From: a virus
Lineage: Duplodnaviria; Caudoviricetes
Length of the DNA stretch: 64,000 nt
IMG/VR virus record: IMGVR_UViG_3300021603_000005
Coordinates: 64,001-128,000 of that record
Strand: one strand, 5' to 3'
Shown here: positions 26,702-38,000 of the stretch, in pieces
How positions within the stretch are numbered: position 1 is the stretch's first letter
How the letters are laid out: each line of letters starts with the position of its first letter
Translations under genes and position numbers: made by a program
The notes under the pieces: generated by a model
What the model was told of the DNA's origin: nothing
Seen by the model: only the letters and a program-made list of their open reading frames with translations
The model's database searches: none

Positions 26702-29245
26702 TTATGATATCTCCGATGGATACATGAATACGTTCATTGCCTGATCTATATATGGCTTAAAGGTATGGTTTTCTTGTTCAACCCATCTTACAGAAACTGC
26801 TGTGCCAACCGGGATATATCCAGGACCGGAATATGGCTCACCAAGATTTAGAACCGTATCAAGTAAATTTAATTCACTATCCGTAAACATTGATGTATCA
26901 CCCTCTACTACCGTAACTTCGTAGTTTGGTGGTCCGACCTTAGACGATGGTGGATTCAACGACCTGGCAATAGTGCATTTAAGTTCCGGTGGTGACGGTA
27001 GGGCCTCTTCAACGACCCATGCAGTAACAGCAACTATATTATTTGATGTATATCTATCTGGATACAATCCCCATTTGGCTGGTTTTATTCTTAAGAACAT
27101 TCCAATTGGTAGGTGTGCAGGTGCGTCTGGGTACTCAGATAGGTTTGTTACTGCAACATTAAATATGGCAGCGGGAACAAGTTGGACATACCCATTAACA
27201 AGAGTCTGTTTGTGAATTTGACACATATACCACGGATGATCACTATCCCTACTAATTATCTTGGCGACGATTGACCCATCACCCCCAGCACCACGATTAA
27301 CCCTATGCTCTGGAGGATCTTTAAAAATATCCTCTGGATATTCTGGATATTGTTGTCTAGCCTGATCTCTTTTGAGCTTGTCAATCAACTCTTGATAGTA
27401 TCTTTGATATCTACCAAGTTCGTTGGTATAGAGATTGCACTTATAAACGGTTGTTACACCACGAATATCATACGATACACTAATATTTGTGATATTGGTT
27501 CCACGACCAATTGCTGTTCCAAGATTAACTGTTGGTAATCCAGGAACCTCTAATTCACCAGTATCAAACTCTGTAATACGATGTGTGTATGTTCTAATTC
27601 TGGCATATGCAATTTTGTTCATAATATCAATGGCATCATCCATAGACATGCCACGATACGAGTACGCCCATGGCGTTAATGACGAATCAAAGACAACCCT
27701 TGTTTTTCCGGGCAATCTTAGTTGTGGTGGAATCAAAGTATCGCTCGTCCATGGGCCATATGAATCTCGACGATCAATAATCGGTATGTAAACAGAGCCG
27801 ACCTGTGTCATTCTAGACACTTCTCCGTTTGTCTCTAGTGCCCCATAACTAGTTCTAGTCCCAATCAAAACCTCTAGCGGGACCGGGAATGTAATAAGCA
27901 AAATGCTGCCCCGTTTATTCGATGGAGCGCCAGGCACCTTATATAGATCTACGCGATCTACCGATATCTTCATATAGTATCTGTTTTGGCCAGTTCCCAG
28001 TAAATCTGACGAGTCAACAACTTGATCTGCCCACTCACCACCAACGGTACTTGGATTATTTAGTACAGCGAAAGCAACCCATCTTCCATCACTGACACCA
28101 AATTTCAATTGACCGTCTGTTGGTAAACTTTCTGGAGAAGTATTGTCCTCCCACCACCCCTCATTAACAGTATCTATCCATGGAACATTGTCGCTATCAA
28201 TTAATGACGCTGGTATGTCGATATAGAAGGTTCTTCCCCAGTGATTTTCAGCATAAGACGTTAGCGCCTTCAATTCTTCTTCTGGTAAATTGGTAATTCG
28301 ACCATTAAGAGCATCCTTCATCTCATCGATAGATGTGAATCTTGTTCTTATTATTCCTTCCCTAGACACTATCTTAAATCTTGGGGAAGTTAATACGCCT
28401 CCTTCGTCATCGAATCCCCAAAATGGTTTAAGTAGACTGCCATTATATTTTGTAAGTGTTTGTTTGTTAGCCCCAAGAACTATCGTTCTTGTTACCTCGT
28501 CTCGATTTTCTACACCAGTTACCAGTCGAATAACAGAATTTGGATATTGACTAGCTAGTCCATCCATATCAAGAGAAACAACTTTTCGCTGTAGTGTACG
28601 AACATAAACGTCGTAGACAGATCCATTTTTAACAGTATCTACATACCATTCGAATCCATGATCATCTGCTACTTGATTAATAAATTCTATTAACGACATT
28701 GCAGAGCCACGAACCCTGTATGGAATACGCTCATTCAATCCAGTTGTGCTTTGTATAGTTCGCGATGTTGTTGTGATATCGCTAAGATTGACACGAAACG
28801 ATATCTCCCCATATTTATAGATAACGCTCTCTATCCTATTTTTGATAGTAGAATATTTAACCCCTCCTACCAAATCCTCATTTGTTTCGGGCTGAACTAA
28901 TACTACATTTTCCCCAAGATTAACTCCTGTTGGTGACTGAACAACCACCTGAACACAATCCATTGCAGGTCTCATATCAGTCATGCGAACCGAATATACA
29001 CCGCTTCCGGCCACATTAATAATCTGATTATCCCACATCTGTATTAAGCCATAAAAATCTAACGACCCTATCTGTATATGCTCAATGTGTCTCATGCCCT
29101 GTCGTGGTAATCCGGCAAGCGTAAAATGATGTGATTCATCCTCTACGACAGACATATTATATGTCGTTGGGTTTTGGTTCCAACCAAACTGAGCACCAAA
29201 ACTCCTAAGATAACAACCAAAGATAATCTTTTGCTGAATTTCCAT
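26702..29245 (-). CDS. Tail tip / hub-like protein
   Basis: Lies downstream of the tape measure gene; SLIEFINQVADDHGFEWYVD resembles hub (gp27/Tal-like) proteins. Confidence 0.55.
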   Translation of the reverse strand: MEIQQKIIFGCYLRSFGAQFGWNQNPTTYNMSVVEDESHHFTLAGLPRQGMRHIEHIQIGSLDFYGLIQMWDNQIINVAGSGVYSVRMTDMRPAMDCVQVVVQSPTGVNLGENVVLVQPETNEDLVGGVKYSTIKNRIESVIYKYGEISFRVNLSDITTTSRTIQSTTGLNERIPYRVRGSAMSLIEFINQVADDHGFEWYVDTVKNGSVYDVYVRTLQRKVVSLDMDGLASQYPNSVIRLVTGVENRDEVTRTIVLGANKQTLTKYNGSLLKPFWGFDDEGGVLTSPRFKIVSREGIIRTRFTSIDEMKDALNGRITNLPEEELKALTSYAENHWGRTFYIDIPASLIDSDNVPWIDTVNEGWWEDNTSPESLPTDGQLKFGVSDGRWVAFAVLNNPSTVGGEWADQVVDSSDLLGTGQNRYYMKISVDRVDLYKVPGAPSNKRGSILLITFPVPLEVLIGTRTSYGALETNGEVSRMTQVGSVYIPIIDRRDSYGPWTSDTLIPPQLRLPGKTRVVFDSSLTPWAYSYRGMSMDDAIDIMNKIAYARIRTYTHRITEFDTGELEVPGLPTVNLGTAIGRGTNITNISVSYDIRGVTTVYKCNLYTNELGRYQRYYQELIDKLKRDQARQQYPEYPEDIFKDPPEHRVNRGAGGDGSIVAKIISRDSDHPWYMCQIHKQTLVNGYVQLVPAAIFNVAVTNLSEYPDAPAHLPIGMFLRIKPAKWGLYPDRYTSNNIVAVTAWVVEEALPSPPELKCTIARSLNPPSSKVGPPNYEVTVVEGDTSMFTDSELNLLDTVLNLGEPYSGPGYIPVGTAVSVRWVEQENHTFKPYIDQAMNVFMYPSEIS

Positions 29246-30945
29246 TAGAACCCTTCCTTGATAAGGTATCTAATTGTCCTGTCGTATGTAAATGCTGTTG
29301 GACTCCAATTTTCACTATCCCCTATCATAATAAAACCACTAGACGGAATACTTAGGTATTCATCGCACATTGTTCGCATAACGGAACTTGACGGTCTGGC
29401 CGTATATCCCTTACCCTTTATCGTAATTGTAGTGATTTTTTCGTTAACAGTATTCATGTCCTGGATCACTGGACCCAAAAGCCTTCCAGGTATCGGAAGG
29501 ATAGCAGTTATTTGAGCACGATTCTGGTCTTGTATACTAACTTCTAATTGATTATCAGATGATGTATCCCACGTCCATGACACCCTAATGGTACCCGATT
29601 TTTCATTGACAGCAGACACCTTGGTTCGTATTGTATTGCTTACTACGGATGTGTCTGGTATCAGCGAATCTATTATCTCAATAGCCTTTTCCCTGGCCGC
29701 AGCGTCACTGGGAACAGCACCCCTAGCATTATTCAGTTTTTCCTCTGATGTATCGCCAAGTCCACGGATATCTGCCGATAGAGTAATAACATACTGACTA
29801 TTTTCTGAAGTATAGTTAACGTTAGCTTCGTAGTAGATTAGTACGTCTGGATTCTCGGTACTATTCCATTCGTATGAAAACGAGGCGGTTCCTTGTGACT
29901 GATTAAGTCCGACAGACTTCACATATGGAGATTCGCCTATCGTTGCCCCACCTAATAATGTGCCAACAGCGATAAGAGCTTCTGCTCTTGCCATGGATTG
30001 TGATGGAACATAATCCCTGGCGATGTCCATAGCGGAGACATCTCCAGCAGCCTTGTTACTAGACACTCCATAAACAATTCCGTCGTATCTGACACGATAT
30101 TCGTCATTTTCCTGCGAATAGTCTATGCTAAAGCTTTTCTCTATGTAATGGTTGCCAGAGCCAAGTGTCCATGACTCCTTTATGGAGTATGTTCCGTCGA
30201 ACGATCCTATACTTGATGTTTTGGTGTACGCGCCACCCATCCATGTATCTACACCAATAATGCTGGTTAGAACGCCAGACGGAATAAGTCCTATCGCCTT
30301 TGTGTCACACCACGCTTTTGCGTGTTGCCACGCTTCTTCTCCATCGTACTTACTGCCCGTTTCGTCGTACCCAAGTATTCCACGCGCGTTAACATCGTGT
30401 GTAACCCTAAACATCTGACCTTCGCGACCTTCCATATCCTCGAAAGACCACGCCTCTCCAGCAGATTCTATTAAATCAAAGTTGAATGTATCTTCATGAC
30501 TTAGCGTTCCATTGATGTATATCCAATCGGCCTGAAGCCTAATTGTATAGTCACACCTCTGTGTCCATATACCCTCTGTGAAGCTAATATCCAGTATTCG
30601 TGGGTTGCACTTCACGACCGGTTGACCAGATTGCGGTTGCCACTCTAATGATTGTCCGTCTTGCGAAAACAACCATCTAATAGCCTCTTGTTTACGTAAT
30701 ATAGAATTAAAATCTTCATTATTTTCCGCATACGATTCGTCTGGTGGATAGTTAGACAACTCCCAAAATGCATCGGCTAGATTTGTGTAATGACCACTAG
30801 GAGATCCTTTAAATGGCAACAATGTTCCAGTCAGGGTAATGTCGTAGTTGGCACCAATCTTACCACCGTCCTCGGTTGTTTGATAGGTTTTATTCAGTGT
30901 TACCAGTGGTGCTGGTATGATTGCCTTTCCGCTATATCGCAACAT
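29245..30945 (-). CDS. Distal tail / baseplate-like protein
   Basis: IIPAPLVTL..Y...YDITLTGTL N-terminus and three internal repeats; lies between the tape measure and hub genes. Confidence 0.5.
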   Translation of the reverse strand: MLRYSGKAIIPAPLVTLNKTYQTTEDGGKIGANYDITLTGTLLPFKGSPSGHYTNLADAFWELSNYPPDESYAENNEDFNSILRKQEAIRWLFSQDGQSLEWQPQSGQPVVKCNPRILDISFTEGIWTQRCDYTIRLQADWIYINGTLSHEDTFNFDLIESAGEAWSFEDMEGREGQMFRVTHDVNARGILGYDETGSKYDGEEAWQHAKAWCDTKAIGLIPSGVLTSIIGVDTWMGGAYTKTSSIGSFDGTYSIKESWTLGSGNHYIEKSFSIDYSQENDEYRVRYDGIVYGVSSNKAAGDVSAMDIARDYVPSQSMARAEALIAVGTLLGGATIGESPYVKSVGLNQSQGTASFSYEWNSTENPDVLIYYEANVNYTSENSQYVITLSADIRGLGDTSEEKLNNARGAVPSDAAAREKAIEIIDSLIPDTSVVSNTIRTKVSAVNEKSGTIRVSWTWDTSSDNQLEVSIQDQNRAQITAILPIPGRLLGPVIQDMNTVNEKITTITIKGKGYTARPSSSVMRTMCDEYLSIPSSGFIMIGDSENWSPTAFTYDRTIRYLIKEGF

Positions 30946-30957
30946 TGCTATTCTCCA

Positions 30958-33900
30958 TTAGTATCCATGCTCATAGAAAGTTATATACCCAGATGACAGG
31001 GTTCCGTATGCCGTGAAACCATACACAAATAAGTCGATATTGCTCGTCGATATAGTGTTAGTTCCATTGGTAAAGAGATTAATCTTGCTATTTTTGGTCG
31101 TATGTCCGTGGACCATAAATTCTACGTTGTCATATGATATACCAGAAATTCCAAAGACATACAGATTTGTTACACCAGAAGGCCATTCAAAACCTGTAAT
31201 ACACATGTCAATATACGCCACTTCCCCAGTATGTACGTCAAGATATAGTGGCCAGGAACCACTTGTGTCGTATGATAATTCTCCATCTCCTATGGTATAA
31301 AGATCGCATATACCAGACGAGTTAATGTCTGGTCCGCTGATAAACAGACCTATGTATCCGCTTGGCCAAGACAACGTTTGCATAAACAGCGGACATGTAA
31401 TTCCGCCGCTCTGTGTAATAATTCCAGATTCTACGTTTATAAACAGGTGCCAGGATTGATCCATCGTAGATGGAGCAGAATCGTTGTACACCGATAGGGG
31501 CAATGACTTTAATGTAAATCCAAGTGTTTGTCCAGATGGAGATCCATAGACCATTAAGTCTAACGAAGAATTTTCATCACCATCATAGGTCTTCAAAAAT
31601 AATGGCTGACTATATCCAAATATTCCATATACATATAGATCAACAGATTCTGTTATAATCTGTGCCTTCAGGAATAAGTCAACTGACTCAGAACAGATCT
31701 CCGGACCCATCGTATGTAAATCGATTGAACCAGAAGATAGTAAGTGCCCATTTTCTGTTACATCAATATTACCAGACGATACGTCTGCCGACGACACAAA
31801 CAGATCGATGCTATCGCTTACAGATTCAAAACCTCCAATAATGGTGTCGATAAAACCACTTTGCTTTTCGTGTCCACCTAAATGTAAGTCAATTGTGTTG
31901 GCTGGATAAAAATCCATCGGAATAAGAGAAAGGCCACATTGATATATTTTTTGTAATTCATCATAAGTAAATTTTGGAATATTTTTCCATAAAACAACTT
32001 CGTCTGTTTTATATCCTGGCGAACTAACAAAGTTGGAATATCTGAAAAAAGCATGAGAAGCTATTCCGCTTGGATATCTTGTTTCTGGCAAAGAACCCAT
32101 GCTCTGCCATCCACTACCGTTCAGGCTAATATCGCCGGATGCAGTTGTTCCATCAAATACTAGGCGAGATATAATTAAATGCCATCCACCGACAAAATTC
32201 GGTGTTAGAAACTCCGGTAATGAATAAGGGTTTGAACCAAGATAATAACTCATTTCGACATTGGAGTATACCCATGACGGATAAATACCTTCATCAATAA
32301 CACCGCTATTGCTCCATCCAAATATACAGCCATTTACTGCACCTTGTGTCCAGTACATCGACGTTATCGATATAGTACCAGACGAAGAGTCATAGAGTGG
32401 ATTGACTTCGTGATAAAACGATGCGCCAACATCTGGATAGAATCCATCACCAGTAATTCCGCTTCCTATTAGTCCACTGACATATATCGCGCCAAGTGTA
32501 TCCCACTCAACGAGTTTCGTTTGTTCAAGATTTCCTGATGTGAACGGATGATAATACACCACGTTATCTGGGTATGGTAGGTGTTGACCTATGAATCTAA
32601 CATCGGGCAGGTATCCAGAAACATAAGCTGGTATTGTTCCAGATGATTGCTCAGGAACATCAATGAATAGATCTATACTTCCGCTGGAAGTAATACATCC
32701 CCCTATGTATAAATCCTTGGTATTCGATGGATATTGATCCATTGAAAATTGCGATAAGCCCATTTGATAAAATGTTTTTAGTTGATCGGTCGATAGTTTA
32801 GGTATATTGTGCCACAGAATTACTTCGTCGCACGGAAAATAATCCATTGGGCCTACTGTAAAATTATTGGGTTCAAATCGTACACTGGAACTTATCCCGG
32901 ATGGCGTTCTAGTTTCTGACTTAACGGGAAGAGAAACCCAATCACCGCCGTTAACACTAACGTCCCCAGACGCGACAACCCCATTAAAATAAACTCTTCC
33001 TACAATTAATACCCACCCGCTTTGACTTACGATATCACCACTAGGACTAAATATAACAGAGTTTCTGTCTCCAACTTTATATCCAACCGTACTCCTATTT
33101 GTTGTACTATTGACATGCAAAAGGATTGAATTATATGTATCAACTATGCTGTCACCCCAACCGATATCGTACTGCTTAACAAAACTATTCGATCCACTAC
33201 TCCATATTGCCGCTGTATATGATGTGTCTCCGGAACAATCAGGATACAACGATCCCCTATCTCTTACCAGATAGGGACTAAGCGATGTTGGTTTAACTCC
33301 ACTTCCTATAAAACCATCCGGTATCATTTGTGTGTTATAGCCAAACCACCACACGTTTTGGGTATATTCTAGTCCACCCGATGTAAACGGATGATAGAAC
33401 ACAACGTCGTTTGGATATAGTAAATGCGATCCAATAGACCTTATTCCGTTAATGGATAAATCGCACAATCCACTAGAACATTCTTTTCCACACACAAACA
33501 GCGTAGTTTCTTCTGTGTCGTTGGCTGGTATTCCACCAATATATAAATTTATTTCATTAGATGGATATTGAGATAACTGCTTCCTAGAATCACCCAATTC
33601 ATACAATTCAGATAACTGATCGTTTGTAAATTTTGGAATATTTCTCCATAGTACAACTTCATCTGCCGGATATTGTTGTGTCGAATATTTATGATAATGA
33701 TACATTCTAAGGTGCGAATCTGTTCCGGTAGGATATGTCGATTCGCTTAGTGTTCCAACGTTCTTCCATCCACTTCCATTAATGCTTAGGTCGCCAGAGA
33801 TATCTGTTCCATCAAAAGATATTCGTCCAATTAGCAGAGTCCAGCCACTTGTATCTGCATATGGCCCAGAAGTAGTAAAAAGAGTTGGTCCAGACCCATT

Positions 33901-35085
33901 AACCCAATATTGTAGTCTAAGATTATTTGATGCATCAACATAACATCTCAAGCCATTATAAAAGTTATTGTAATTACCCCATCCAGCACCATATAACGTA
34001 TAATTATTGAAGCTACCGCTTGTCCAGACCATCATTGTCATAGACGTGGTGCCAGATACACCAGCATATAAATTCCCGCGCTCGAATAATAGTGTACCAT
34101 CATTCCATAGTGGCGCTGCAATAACGCCGCTGCCAATCAACCCTTCTTCTGTGTAAGATATGCTATCAAGATATCCAGACCATGATGCCGACTTCGTATA
34201 TTCAATGCCACCAGACGTAAAGGGATGGTAAAACACTATGTTGTCCGGGTACAATGGATGCGCATCTAATAACACAGAGCTTTTTATGAACAAATCACAA
34301 GACCCAGAAGAAACACTTGGAATGGGACCAGAAATAAACAGATCAATTGATTCTGATAAAGGATACTGTAATTCATAATCGCTCATCTGGCTATTGTATA
34401 CGGTAGCTAGATCATACAGATTTTGTAATTCTTCATTAGTAAACTGTGGCGCGTTTTTCCATAAAACAAATTCGTCAACGGGAACCTGCCATACCCCATT
34501 TTTTCTATTATTCTGATAATATCTTAGATAAGCAGTATTGAGTGTTGGATAATTGGCTTCGCTTAATGCCCCCAGGCTCTGCCATCCACTACCATTTATA
34601 CTAATGTCGCCAGATGCAACGGACCCATCGAATAAAACCCTTGCTACTATCAGGTGCCACGCAACGTTTGTTCCAACTGGCCCAACAATTGAAAACGAGT
34701 CCAAGGATGTAGTTCTTGCATAGTACCCCAGCTTAACATGATCTGTTGAATCGGTATATATCTTTAATCCGTCAGTAAAATAATTGGCCACACTACCATA
34801 TCCACCGGCTATATTCGTTTCGGCGCTGGCGTGAATACCGCTTGTCCAAACAGCCATCGTTAATGATGTCGTACCACTAGATGTTGGATAATCGGATAGT
34901 GTTTGTGTTTCTATATAATTTTCTGAATATCCCTGCTGTACACAAAATCCACTACCTATGAGTCCTGATGCCGTAGGATTAGCTCTGCCACTAACGTCTG
35001 TCCATAATTTGCCAGCCATATACTCATGTAAGCCAGACGTGAATGGCAGGTAAAATATTACGTTGTCGTTATACAAAAGACCCAT
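30958..35085 (-). CDS. Tail-associated protein with four LamG/concanavalin-like repeats
   Basis: Four copies of FYHPFTSG...LIGSG...W.L...R..FDG...SGD.S.NGSGW...DEVVLWKN.P.F...L..LY, joined by ~12-aa SG.IDL.I.G linkers. Confidence 0.7.
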   Translation of the reverse strand: MGLLYNDNVIFYLPFTSGLHEYMAGKLWTDVSGRANPTASGLIGSGFCVQQGYSENYIETQTLSDYPTSSGTTSLTMAVWTSGIHASAETNIAGGYGSVANYFTDGLKIYTDSTDHVKLGYYARTTSLDSFSIVGPVGTNVAWHLIVARVLFDGSVASGDISINGSGWQSLGALSEANYPTLNTAYLRYYQNNRKNGVWQVPVDEFVLWKNAPQFTNEELQNLYDLATVYNSQMSDYELQYPLSESIDLFISGPIPSVSSGSCDLFIKSSVLLDAHPLYPDNIVFYHPFTSGGIEYTKSASWSGYLDSISYTEEGLIGSGVIAAPLWNDGTLLFERGNLYAGVSGTTSMTMMVWTSGSFNNYTLYGAGWGNYNNFYNGLRCYVDASNNLRLQYWVNGSGPTLFTTSGPYADTSGWTLLIGRISFDGTDISGDLSINGSGWKNVGTLSESTYPTGTDSHLRMYHYHKYSTQQYPADEVVLWRNIPKFTNDQLSELYELGDSRKQLSQYPSNEINLYIGGIPANDTEETTLFVCGKECSSGLCDLSINGIRSIGSHLLYPNDVVFYHPFTSGGLEYTQNVWWFGYNTQMIPDGFIGSGVKPTSLSPYLVRDRGSLYPDCSGDTSYTAAIWSSGSNSFVKQYDIGWGDSIVDTYNSILLHVNSTTNRSTVGYKVGDRNSVIFSPSGDIVSQSGWVLIVGRVYFNGVVASGDVSVNGGDWVSLPVKSETRTPSGISSSVRFEPNNFTVGPMDYFPCDEVILWHNIPKLSTDQLKTFYQMGLSQFSMDQYPSNTKDLYIGGCITSSGSIDLFIDVPEQSSGTIPAYVSGYLPDVRFIGQHLPYPDNVVYYHPFTSGNLEQTKLVEWDTLGAIYVSGLIGSGITGDGFYPDVGASFYHEVNPLYDSSSGTISITSMYWTQGAVNGCIFGWSNSGVIDEGIYPSWVYSNVEMSYYLGSNPYSLPEFLTPNFVGGWHLIISRLVFDGTTASGDISLNGSGWQSMGSLPETRYPSGIASHAFFRYSNFVSSPGYKTDEVVLWKNIPKFTYDELQKIYQCGLSLIPMDFYPANTIDLHLGGHEKQSGFIDTIIGGFESVSDSIDLFVSSADVSSGNIDVTENGHLLSSGSIDLHTMGPEICSESVDLFLKAQIITESVDLYVYGIFGYSQPLFLKTYDGDENSSLDLMVYGSPSGQTLGFTLKSLPLSVYNDSAPSTMDQSWHLFINVESGIITQSGGITCPLFMQTLSWPSGYIGLFISGPDINSSGICDLYTIGDGELSYDTSGSWPLYLDVHTGEVAYIDMCITGFEWPSGVTNLYVFGISGISYDNVEFMVHGHTTKNSKINLFTNGTNTISTSNIDLFVYGFTAYGTLSSGYITFYEHGY

Positions 35086-35097
35086 ATCATCCTCGTG

Positions 35098-38000
35098 TTA
35101 CGCAAGCTGTTGTGCCGCTACACCGAATATACGAGCACCTTCCATGTCAGAAGCGTTAGCCAAGTCTCTAAGAGTTCTATATATAATTTGTTTTGCCGCG
35201 TTTCTAGCAGCATCCTCAATAGCCGGTCGCAACTCATTCTGAATAGCCTCTGTTAGACCATTTACATTAACATTTACTTGCTGTAGTGACTCAACCTTAA
35301 GACCAATACCCTCTTGTATTGTCTTTGATGTATCTGCCAATGTTTCGGTTAGTACTCGCTGTTGTCCAGATATCTCTTGTAATGTGGTCGTATTGTCGCG
35401 AGACGCAGAAGTATTGTCTCCGATACCAGGAATTTCAATAGCCACTATTTTATCTATCGCCTCTTTGATAATCTGTGCATTTTCCGTATTTGTTGTACCG
35501 ATTGATGCTATTACTGCGTCTATTCTAGAAACCAAATCGGATAGCTGGCTAACCTGTTGCGTTTGCTGTTGTCCATTTATTTCCGTCCTGCCAAAACCAG
35601 CGGCCGGATCGTTTATTGGCAATAAGTTAAATAGTCCACCAAGGTTTTCTTTAAGCCGATTGAACGTATCAGAAATTACATTCGTTGACTGGACAATATT
35701 TTGTACGGCTATGTCTCCAGACTCCCCAATCGTGACTGTCCTTCCACCGTATCCGGGAGCAGGCATTATGATACCGCCGCTAGTTTTCCCTGCTTGCAAC
35801 TCTTCGATAAACTTGCTTGAACTAAAAAGTTCTTGTGCGACAGTTTGCTGTCTGGCTGTATCTAATGATACGGTTGGTTTATATGGCGATGGCCCAACAG
35901 ATGGTATTGTGGCAGGGACAATGCCAGTAGACGGCTGTGTTGTCGCGACACCAACGGGTCGAGATGCTGTCGCCAAGTCTGCTATAGCAGTTGTTGCCAC
36001 TGCGGCAGAACGACCTAACTCATTTATTGAATTGGTTGTTTCGGTATTGACTGTCCTTCCCTTTTCGAGAACATCAAATAATTCGGTAACGGCCGGGGTC
36101 ACCTGAAATTCGTCTAGTTTCGCACCCTCACCAGTCGTTAGAATTGACAATATCCTATCTTGTATTTCCTCTTCGGTTCCAGGAGAAACAGCAGCACGTT
36201 CCTTCGCCAGTATTGCTGCTATAGCAGACAGTCCAGTTGTTACTGTTGTCTTAGATGTAGATTCTCGAATTTCCTGTAAGTTTTTTAGATCCCGCCCAGG
36301 ACCAATTATAACACCACCGTAATATCCCATTCCACCTACAGCCTTGCCGGGTTCCTCGACTCGTACCTTTTGCTGACTAAGCAATTGATTTGCCCTGTTT
36401 TCCAATTCTTTTATAGATAATCCGCCAAATAGCGCTCGTTCAAAGTTGGTTAGTTGTCCAGGTGTCATCGTTTCAAGATTAGCTTTGGTTCCAGTGAACA
36501 ATTGTGTCTGGTCTATTGGGGCTTCTTCAAGACCCATTTGAATAACAGCAGACTCAAATTTGTCGACGGCTTTACTGAATTTGTTAGCACCAAACGGATC
36601 GTTCAGACCAGTCTCTTCGGCAATGATCCTTTCTTGTTCTATGCCTATTTGGCCAAGTTGTCTTTCCAGTAATTGGATTTGTTCTTTTGTTAGTTCTGAT
36701 CGCTGCTTTGATTCTAATCTAAAAATCTCGGTAATCGTTTCGTTAAATCCTGTTATAGCATTTTGCATCGATTCGCTAATGCCAGCAAATTGCGTTTTGT
36801 CTACAGCGGTTGGTTCAACGTTGATTTGTCTCTGATAGATTTCCTGTAATCTTTTTTGTGACTCTATTAGAGAATCAGTTAATCGGCGAGATGCTTCCTT
36901 ATTGACATCAAGTGGACCACCAGCTATCTCTTTCGCAATGCCATAGGGTTGTTCTATTTGACCACGAGTTTCCCTTATTAGTCGTAGTTGTTCATCAAGA
37001 ACAGCCCTTTCTTCTTGTGTACCAGCGGCAGATCTCCTGCCAACAAGAACCATTTCTGTCTTGCGCATTCCCTCTATTTGAGCGCCAAGTTTTGCTTGTA
37101 AATTAACAGCCTCCTCTTGTTTTGTAATCCTTTCTTGCTCAAATTGGTCGTATGATGATAGCGATCTCTTTAGTGATTCTATAGCCGCTTGCAACGCCAG
37201 AAAACGACTTCTGGTATTTTCGAGATCCTGAACCATTGCAACGAACGACTTCTCCATACCAGTGTCGTCTATCGTTACTCCAGTTTCAGCGGCCCTATAG
37301 ATAGCATTTAACTGATTTGCCATCTCTCGTGTGACATTCGTCATTGCCTCTTGCAACGACGGGACAAGATTGGTCGATCTCAATAAATCTGTTGGTGTTC
37401 CGGTTTCTCTAGCTGGAGTTCTAACCCCTGCTCGTCTTAGCATTTCCATCGTAATTTCGAATTGTGTCTCTGGGGTATTGCCGAGACCAACTTCTCGTTG
37501 AAGCTGTCTAGCCTCAAATTCCCCTCGTCTTTGCGATACCAATAGTCTAGCATTTAGCTCTTGCTGTGTAATATTGATGATATCGTCTTGTGTTGGCATA
37601 ATAATACCAATATGTTTCTTAATAAGTTCATTCATTTTGTCGGTATTGATTCCAGCCCCGGATAGCTCAATACCCTCAAGCATAGCAACACCGATATCTC
37701 GAAGCAACATACTAATACGACCCTTAAGCTTATCCGGAATTTCTTGTGATTCAATAAATCGCTGGATTGTCTCGTCTATCTGATCTTCCTCTAGTGGGGG
37801 CAAAAATTTTCCTGGTTCTAGTTTACCAGCAGTTGTCGCTTGAGCCTGTAAACTAGAAATACTTTCTACAAACTTCTTCGTTATTTCTACAATATCATTG
37901 GTTGTTTTAACGTAATTCGCCAAATCTGGTTTTGCTGTTTCTAACCCAGCCAATCTCCCAGTTCCAAGCAACTCTATCGTCGCTTGTTTTTCTAGTTGCT

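Noticed and set aside
35384-36106. 240-aa antisense ORF and the many other opposite-strand ORFs in the track
   Set aside because: They are shadows of long genuine genes, with no recognisable motifs.
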